DNA from: a virus
Strand: one strand, 5' to 3'
Virus record (IMG/VR): IMGVR_UViG_3300030117_001886
Location: 1-64,000 of that record
Length of the DNA stretch: 64,000 nt
The notes under the pieces are model-generated. The model did not search any database, was not told the origin of the DNA, and saw only the letters and a program-made list of their open reading frames with translations. The position numbers and the translations under genes are program-made. The stretch's first letter is position 1, and each line of letters starts with the position of its first letter. Positions 58,396 to 64,000 of this stretch are shown piece after piece.

Positions 58396-59526
58396 ATGAC
58401 TAAAGATGAAATTAAGGTTTTTTTACAAGAGAAACCTGGCTACCTGAAAGAAGGTGCCGAACGATTGTCTGAGAGACTAAACTGCAGTGTTGAAACCTGT
58501 AGACATGCTTTGAAAGAAGCTAGACTTGAAGCAAAAGGATCTGACTTTGATTTAGATAATATAAATGAATCTGAAATAAGTGAGTTCAAGAAGTTCTTAA
58601 AAAATAATGAAATAGAAGAAACAGATGTCAAGTCTGTTAAGTTTTGGCAAAACATGCAAGGGGATAACAGATTCTCTGTTGTAGTAAAAGGAGAAGACGA
58701 TCTAATGAAGCAAGCAAAGGAAGAGATGATTGCACTTCTAGAGTCTTACAGCCCAAAGGTTGAAAAGGACTACAACTCTGTCAAAGACCCAGTAGTATAT
58801 GAAATATCCTTACCAGACATTCACTATGGTAAGTATACTGGACAGACACTTGACCAAGCTGAGGAAGAGTATATGAATACTGTAAAAGATTTACTAGCTA
58901 AAGCAGAAGGCTTAGATATAGAAAAAATCTTATTACCAATAGGTAATGATGGTATGAACTCTGAGGGATACTCCCGTGCTACTACAAAAGGTACACCTCA
59001 GCAAGATTCAGCAGAATGGCAAGAAACATTTGTAGGATATTGTAACTTAATGGTAAGAGCAATAAACTACTTAGCTAATACTGCACCAGTAGATGTGGTT
59101 GTTGTGCAAGGTAATCACGACTATGAAAGAATGTTTTACGCAGGTGAATACCTAAGAGCATTCTTTAAAAACGATGAAAGAGTTGATGTTGATAATAACT
59201 TTGACTCTAGAAAATATTATAAATACGGAGTTAACTTAATTATGTTTACACACGGAGATAAAGAAAAAACTGCAGAGATGCCACTAATAATGGCGACGGA
59301 ACAACCTATGTTGTTTGCACAAACTAAATTTAGAGAAGTGCACTGTGGACATAAACATAAAGAAAGAGTTGATGAGTTTAGAGGAATAAAAGTAAGATTT
59401 ATACCATCTATTTGTGCTAATGACGCTTGGCATAAGATGATGGGGTATGAAGCAAAGAGAACAGGGCAAGCACATATATGGAGTAAAAAACGCGGTTATG
59501 AAGGGTATTTACAAACTAACATCTAA
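58396..59526 (+). CDS. Calcineurin-like metallophosphoesterase with N-terminal HTH
   Basis: DIHYG, GNDG, GNHD, THGD and HCGHKH; start moved to the ATG at 58396. Confidence 0.85.
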   Translation: MTKDEIKVFLQEKPGYLKEGAERLSERLNCSVETCRHALKEARLEAKGSDFDLDNINESEISEFKKFLKNNEIEETDVKSVKFWQNMQGDNRFSVVVKGEDDLMKQAKEEMIALLESYSPKVEKDYNSVKDPVVYEISLPDIHYGKYTGQTLDQAEEEYMNTVKDLLAKAEGLDIEKILLPIGNDGMNSEGYSRATTKGTPQQDSAEWQETFVGYCNLMVRAINYLANTAPVDVVVVQGNHDYERMFYAGEYLRAFFKNDERVDVDNNFDSRKYYKYGVNLIMFTHGDKEKTAEMPLIMATEQPMLFAQTKFREVHCGHKHKERVDEFRGIKVRFIPSICANDAWHKMMGYEAKRTGQAHIWSKKRGYEGYLQTNI

Positions 59527-59531
59527 ATAAG

Positions 59532-60221
59532 ATGACATTAAATGAGATTGCATATAATATTTTAAACATTCTTAGAGGAGGACGTTCTAATAGTGACGAA
59601 CACATGTCTCTAAGTCAAATAAAATTTAACATTAAGTATTACAGAACCATGATGATACGTAGAGACATGGCTCGTAATAATTTTATGTCGAGACATCTAG
59701 AGCAAGATTTAGGATGTTTGAATCTCATTGAAGTAAATTCTTCAAAATGTTGCAATCTTGATTTGGATTGTACTGTTTTTAGAACACAAAGAAAGATACC
59801 TAAAACTGTAAGAGCTAATTTTAAAGAGCTGATAACATATGTAGGTGGAGCTGACGGTCTAACTAGAATACCTTTGATACAGTCTGACTATATTAAATAC
59901 TTACCATATGATAAGTATACAAAAGATCAGAGAAAAGCTTTTATGATTGAAGATTATTTGTATCTATATAATCCTCATGGTATGGAGATTGTAAATGTAC
60001 GAGGAGTTTTTGAAGATCCAGAAGAAGTTGCAAACTTTGATTGTGATGGAGTTGGATGCTATGATGATGATGCACCTTTCCCAATACCAGGAGATATGGT
60101 GCAAGCGATTACAAATGCTTTAATGAGGGGCGAGTTAATGCTTATGGCTAATACTGCAGGAGATACAACATTAGATAGAATGCAGGATATGCCAACAGCT
60201 CCAGCACCAAATCAAGAATAA
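59532..60221 (+). CDS. Tail ring/tubular structural protein
   Basis: MTLNEIAY..., VRGVFEDPEEV and CYDDDAPFPIP, typical of crAss-like ring proteins. Confidence 0.7.
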   Translation: MTLNEIAYNILNILRGGRSNSDEHMSLSQIKFNIKYYRTMMIRRDMARNNFMSRHLEQDLGCLNLIEVNSSKCCNLDLDCTVFRTQRKIPKTVRANFKELITYVGGADGLTRIPLIQSDYIKYLPYDKYTKDQRKAFMIEDYLYLYNPHGMEIVNVRGVFEDPEEVANFDCDGVGCYDDDAPFPIPGDMVQAITNALMRGELMLMANTAGDTTLDRMQDMPTAPAPNQE

Positions 60222-60223
60222 TT

Positions 60224-60532
60224 ATGACAGCAAAAGATATTTTAGAATACGCAAGAGGTGGGGCTAAATCACCAGCATGGACAAGAAAGGCAGGTAAGAA
60301 TCCAAAAGGAGGATTAAATGCAAAAGGTCGTGCGTCGTATAATAGAGAAACAGGAGGTAACCTAAAAGCTCCTTCCAAAAAGAAAGGTAATAAAAGGAGA
60401 TCAAGTTTTTGTAGTAGAATGTGCGGAATGAAAAGAAGACGTACTTCTGCTAAAACAGCAAGAGATCCACAATCTAGAATTAATAAATCATTACGTGCCT
60501 GGAACTGCGGGTCATGTAGCAATTGGAAATAA
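60224..60532 (+). CDS. Small basic protein (DUF6321-like)
   Basis: SPAWTRKAGKNPKGGLNAKGRASY...RRSSFCSRM...SRINKSLRAWNC. Confidence 0.8.
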   Translation: MTAKDILEYARGGAKSPAWTRKAGKNPKGGLNAKGRASYNRETGGNLKAPSKKKGNKRRSSFCSRMCGMKRRRTSAKTARDPQSRINKSLRAWNCGSCSNWK

Positions 60533-60534
60533 AA

Positions 60535-60831
60535 ATGGGATACGGTAAAATTAAAATGAAAAAAGGTGGCGAAAAGAAAGTTGACATGGAAAAGGTCAAA
60601 AAAGACGCTAACAAGTTTATGAAAATGATGAAGTACAGATATGGTGACTTCAAAATGTCATATAAAGTAGGTGGAATGAAAGAAGTTGATGCAGAGAAAA
60701 ATCCTGGATTAGCTAAACTACCTACAAAAGTACGTAACAAAATGGGTTACAAAAAAGAAGGCGGCATGAAAAAGAAGATGATGGGTGGCACCAAAAAGAA
60801 AATGGACGGCGGCTATAAGATGAAAAAATAG
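60535..60831 (+). CDS. Lys/Met-rich small basic protein
   Basis: NPGLAKLPTKVRNKMGY and repeated xxGG. Confidence 0.7.
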   Translation: MGYGKIKMKKGGEKKVDMEKVKKDANKFMKMMKYRYGDFKMSYKVGGMKEVDAEKNPGLAKLPTKVRNKMGYKKEGGMKKKMMGGTKKKMDGGYKMKK

Positions 60832-61313
60832 TGGCTTATACCATTACAGATATATATACAGACTATTGCGAGAACGTAGAGCAGATTGATAAAACTATGT
60901 TTAAAGACATATGCTTTGATTTTAATGAAGAAATCATAGAAATGTTATTAGATGGAAGTGAGTTTAACATGGGCAACAATCTATCAACTATATCTATAGT
61001 TAAAATGGACAGAGATCCTCGTAACAGAGTTATTGACTGGGCTGAGTCTAATAGATATAAAGAAGAGCTTAAGATGGCAGGAGAGATGCTCTATGACGCT
61101 AAAACAGGAGACGGAGTTCGTTGGCATATTTATTATACAGATGACTACTATTGTAAGTATTATTGGTACAAGGGTAGATGTAAAATAAAAAATAAATCAG
61201 TATACAGGTTTGATGCTACACGAGGTGTAAAAGGTAATAAAGAAAAATTAACAAGGCTGCTCAAGAAAGATGATCTAGCCTATTTAAGATTTAAAAAGCA
61301 TGGCAGTATATAA
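60831..61313 (+). CDS. Hypothetical conserved crAss-like protein
   Basis: GTG start coupled to the previous stop; IDWAES..., YYCKYYW. Confidence 0.7.
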   Translation: MAYTITDIYTDYCENVEQIDKTMFKDICFDFNEEIIEMLLDGSEFNMGNNLSTISIVKMDRDPRNRVIDWAESNRYKEELKMAGEMLYDAKTGDGVRWHIYYTDDYYCKYYWYKGRCKIKNKSVYRFDATRGVKGNKEKLTRLLKKDDLAYLRFKKHGSI

Positions 61314-62178
61314 TCAAATAACAAGTAGAGCAATCATTAGAAAGATAATGAGAGATCTACAGACTACTAGTGATAACTGGATTGATGATGCTATAGAGTG
61401 GATGGGTGAAGCTTTGGAGCACATAGGATCTTCTGCACAACTTCAAGAGAAAGGTTGTGTTCTTACTATAAAAAATTATAGAGCTGACTTACCTACTGAT
61501 TTGTATTATATAAACCAAGTTGCTATAAACAATAATGTACTACCTTCTGTTGAAAATGAATTAACTGAGATATTAGCTAAAATAGATGCTATAAAAGAAG
61601 ATCTTGATGCTAACCCTAATCAGAATGTTATTAGAGAACTTAGAGATCTTACTAATAGACTTGTGGTTCTAGAGAATATATATTTAGCAGATACTGCAGG
61701 ATTACAGCCCTTAGCGTACTCTACTACTAGTTTTCCTAAATCTATACACTGCACAGATTGTGTAAATGAGATGGCAAAACATAAAGAATCTTACTTTATA
61801 GATGCGGGCACAATAAAAACATCCTTTGTATCGGGTAAAGTATGCTTAAGTTATAAAGCATTCCCACTAGATGATATGGGGTATCCTATGGTGCCAGATG
61901 ATATAAGTTTTAAAGAGGCATTATTCTGGTATGTATATAAAAAATTATTATTAGGTAATAGTGTAAATGTACCAAATGGTATAAACTACACATTTGCAGA
62001 ACAGCAATGGAAGTATTATTGTACTCAAGCTAGAAACTCTGCTGTATTCCCAGATATTGATAAGTGGGAATCATTCTTAAACCAGTGGGTTAGAATGATA
62101 CCTAATATGAATAGGCATAATAATGCTTTTGAAAATTTAGGAACAAGAGAAATGTTAACGCGTAGTATTGACTATTAA
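61300..62178 (+). CDS. Tail ring/tubular protein
   Basis: EWMGEALEHIG, LPTDL, YKAFPLDDMGYPMVPD and WKYYCTQAR. Confidence 0.75.
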   Translation: MAVYNQITSRAIIRKIMRDLQTTSDNWIDDAIEWMGEALEHIGSSAQLQEKGCVLTIKNYRADLPTDLYYINQVAINNNVLPSVENELTEILAKIDAIKEDLDANPNQNVIRELRDLTNRLVVLENIYLADTAGLQPLAYSTTSFPKSIHCTDCVNEMAKHKESYFIDAGTIKTSFVSGKVCLSYKAFPLDDMGYPMVPDDISFKEALFWYVYKKLLLGNSVNVPNGINYTFAEQQWKYYCTQARNSAVFPDIDKWESFLNQWVRMIPNMNRHNNAFENLGTREMLTRSIDY

Positions 62179-64000
62179 TGAAAAGATTAAAAGGTTTAAG
62201 TAGAGATGCGAATCCAATAGATCAGCCTGTTGGAAGTTATAGATATGCTAAGAACATGGTTCTTGACATGGCTAAAAACGCTATTGTATCCGAGTCAGGA
62301 GATATTACAGTATCTGAATTAGGACAAAATGCAAATGCAAGTATTATTGGTTTTTGTGTGTTAGATTCTACAGAGATAGTTATATTCTTAGTAACGTCAT
62401 TTGGTGATTCTCAGATTGGGGTTGTAAATACTGACACTGGAAATCATAGTGTAATATTTAATGATAGCGCATGTACTGAAAAGTTAAATTTTAATTTAAA
62501 TCACCCGATAGAAGCTGAATATAAAATTAATGCTACTGACAATACTAGTGTATATTTTACAGATGATTTTAATCCACCAAGATTTATTAACCTTAACGAG
62601 CCTCCTATAGCAACTCCGAGTTTAAATATAGAGGTTGCATTCAATCTATTTCCAATTATTGAAAAATACCCTAAAGCAACTTTAGTAGAAGTTACTAATG
62701 GAGGTACTCTTAATGTTGGTACATATTGGATGACTTGCCAGTTGGTGTCAAGAGATGGAGCTACTACAAATGTTTTAGATGTTACTAGGCCTATATACAT
62801 TGGTCCAAATCCAGAGCCTCTAGCGCATCAACCTTTTGGTATTGGAGAAGCTTATGACAATGTAGATTTTCAAGGGGCAGATGCCGGTCAAACTAGTGGT
62901 AAAAAAATAATTGTAAATTTTGATAATTTAGATGATAGTTATACGTCTATACGTCCTATTGTTATAGCTCAGGTAGCAGGAGTTAGATCTGCTATAACTC
63001 TACCAGATCGCCCTTTATCACCAGGACAAACTGATATAACAATTCCATATACAGGATACGAAAGTTCTGCAACTTTTAATTTAGCTGAGATACAAGTAGG
63101 TAGAGCAAGTTATGAAAAAGCAAAAACTATTGCGCAGGTAGACGATGTATTATATTTAGGAAATCTTGTAAGAACTAAAGTAGATTTAGGTTATCAAAAA
63201 CATGCTAATAATATAAAAATAAGATCTAAACAACTAGATCCAAATGGAGGTGCAAATGATGTTATAGCAAATAATGTTAATGCAGCGTTTGGTATTAATC
63301 CACCCCTACATGCTGGTTCTGGTACTTTAAGTATATTTCATAATAATATTAACAGATCTACTCCAAATAACATAGCATTTGGTAGAAGTGCTTATGATAA
63401 TTACTATTTTAAAGGTTATCAAAGAGATGAAACATATGCTTTTTATATAACATGGATATTAAAAGATGGTACTGAATCTGTAGCATATCACATACCAGGC
63501 AGAGAAGCGGTTACACCTACTTTATCTGTAGAAGGAGGATATAAAGAAACAGAAGATTATATTACAGGCGGGTTAGGAAATCCAGGACCAGCAGATCTTG
63601 ATACAATGATGGGGCCGGTAGGGCCTGTTGCTGCTTCAGGTATAACTCCAAAACTTTTTCATTTAACAACATCTGGTTTTGATAAGACAGGAGGATTTAA
63701 TATGGGTTTTTGGCAAAATGAAAATGAAACCTATCCAACTGCTGCAGAAGATGTTAATGGAGATTTTGTAGGACTGCATGGACAAAAGGTTAGGCATCAT
63801 CATTTTCCAGCTGAAAGTCAAATTGATAATTCAAACCAACAAATTAATGGGGTCAATGGATCTCAAATAAGTGCCCATGCTGGAGCTAATTTTAATTCAA
63901 GAGGAGGAGGAATGATATGGGATGGTGGATATTCAGGACAAGGTACTAATTGTAGATTTAATCCTTTAGGATTTTATGCTACTGATATAGCATATCCTCA
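62178..64000 (+). CDS. Tail muzzle/stabilisation protein (P22 gp10-like), 3'-truncated
   Basis: Missing from the ORF track because it has no stop. Hand-translated MKRLKGLSRDANPIDQPVGSYRYAKN...YFTDDFNPPRFINL...GYQRDETYAFYITWILKDGTESVAYHIPGR; still in frame at the window end. Confidence 0.8.
   Translation, partial: MKRLKGLSRDANPIDQPVGSYRYAKNMVLDMAKNAIVSESGDITVSELGQNANASIIGFCVLDSTEIVIFLVTSFGDSQIGVVNTDTGNHSVIFNDSACTEKLNFNLNHPIEAEYKINATDNTSVYFTDDFNPPRFINLNEPPIATPSLNIEVAFNLFPIIEKYPKATLVEVTNGGTLNVGTYWMTCQLVSRDGATTNVLDVTRPIYIGPNPEPLAHQPFGIGEAYDNVDFQGADAGQTSGKKIIVNFDNLDDSYTSIRPIVIAQVAGVRSAITLPDRPLSPGQTDITIPYTGYESSATFNLAEIQVGRASYEKAKTIAQVDDVLYLGNLVRTKVDLGYQKHANNIKIRSKQLDPNGGANDVIANNVNAAFGINPPLHAGSGTLSIFHNNINRSTPNNIAFGRSAYDNYYFKGYQRDETYAFYITWILKDGTESVAYHIPGREAVTPTLSVEGGYKETEDYITGGLGNPGPADLDTMMGPVGPVAASGITPKLFHLTTSGFDKTGGFNMGFWQNENETYPTAAEDVNGDFVGLHGQKVRHHHFPAESQIDNSNQQINGVNGSQISAHAGANFNSRGGGMIWDGGYSGQGTNCRFNPLGFYATDIAYP

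Noticed and set aside
501-62800. Numerous short antisense/overlapping ORFs inside long genes
   Set aside because: These are shadow frames opposite well-supported genes, with no motifs.
1-64000. Stop-codon reassignment (TAG/TGA), known in some Crassvirales
   Set aside because: Long genes are intact in code 11, and TAG terminates genes at 33100, 40605 and 60831.
1-64000. Prophage or integration module
   Set aside because: No integrase, repressor/cro pair or bacterial flanking genes are present in the window.

Overview
This window is about 64 kb of a lytic crAss-like phage genome (order Crassvirales), AT-rich and read in the standard genetic code. The host is probably a Bacteroidota (Flavobacteriia-type) bacterium, inferred from TAnnTTTG promoters, Gln-rule signal peptides and a T9SS sorting domain. 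There are three blocks. (1) 1-10962 (+) holds two giant virion/ejection proteins: a 5'-truncated virion RNA polymerase (DFDVD motif, N-terminal HExxH zincin) and a 1311-aa polyvalent protein with a PD-(D/E)xK nuclease domain. (2) 11004-29934 (-) is the early/replication block: small unknowns, PolA, a DnaA domain IV protein, SF2 helicase, DnaB, Sak4-like ATPase, SSB, primase, resolvase, rIIA/rIIB, 5'-3' exonuclease, UDG and DUF1599. (3) 30141-64000 (+) is the late block: small basic proteins, GroES, HU-like protein, terminase, portal, scaffold, major capsid, ring/tail proteins, fibres, lysis genes and a partial tail muzzle/stabilisation protein. The most unusual element is a tightly packed cassette of host-envelope-targeted proteins at 52216-57111: a signal-peptide beta-barrel, a membrane coiled coil, a CxxC-less thioredoxin fold, and a GCTD-repeat protein ending in a type IX secretion sorting domain. 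Also notable are a ~340-nt promoter-preceded, densely base-paired non-coding region at 30300-30650 (candidate large ncRNA) and a self-contained transcription unit for a 21-aa hydrophobic peptide whose start codon is sequestered in a hairpin (27116-27315). All protein family calls come from motif recognition by eye, not database searches.
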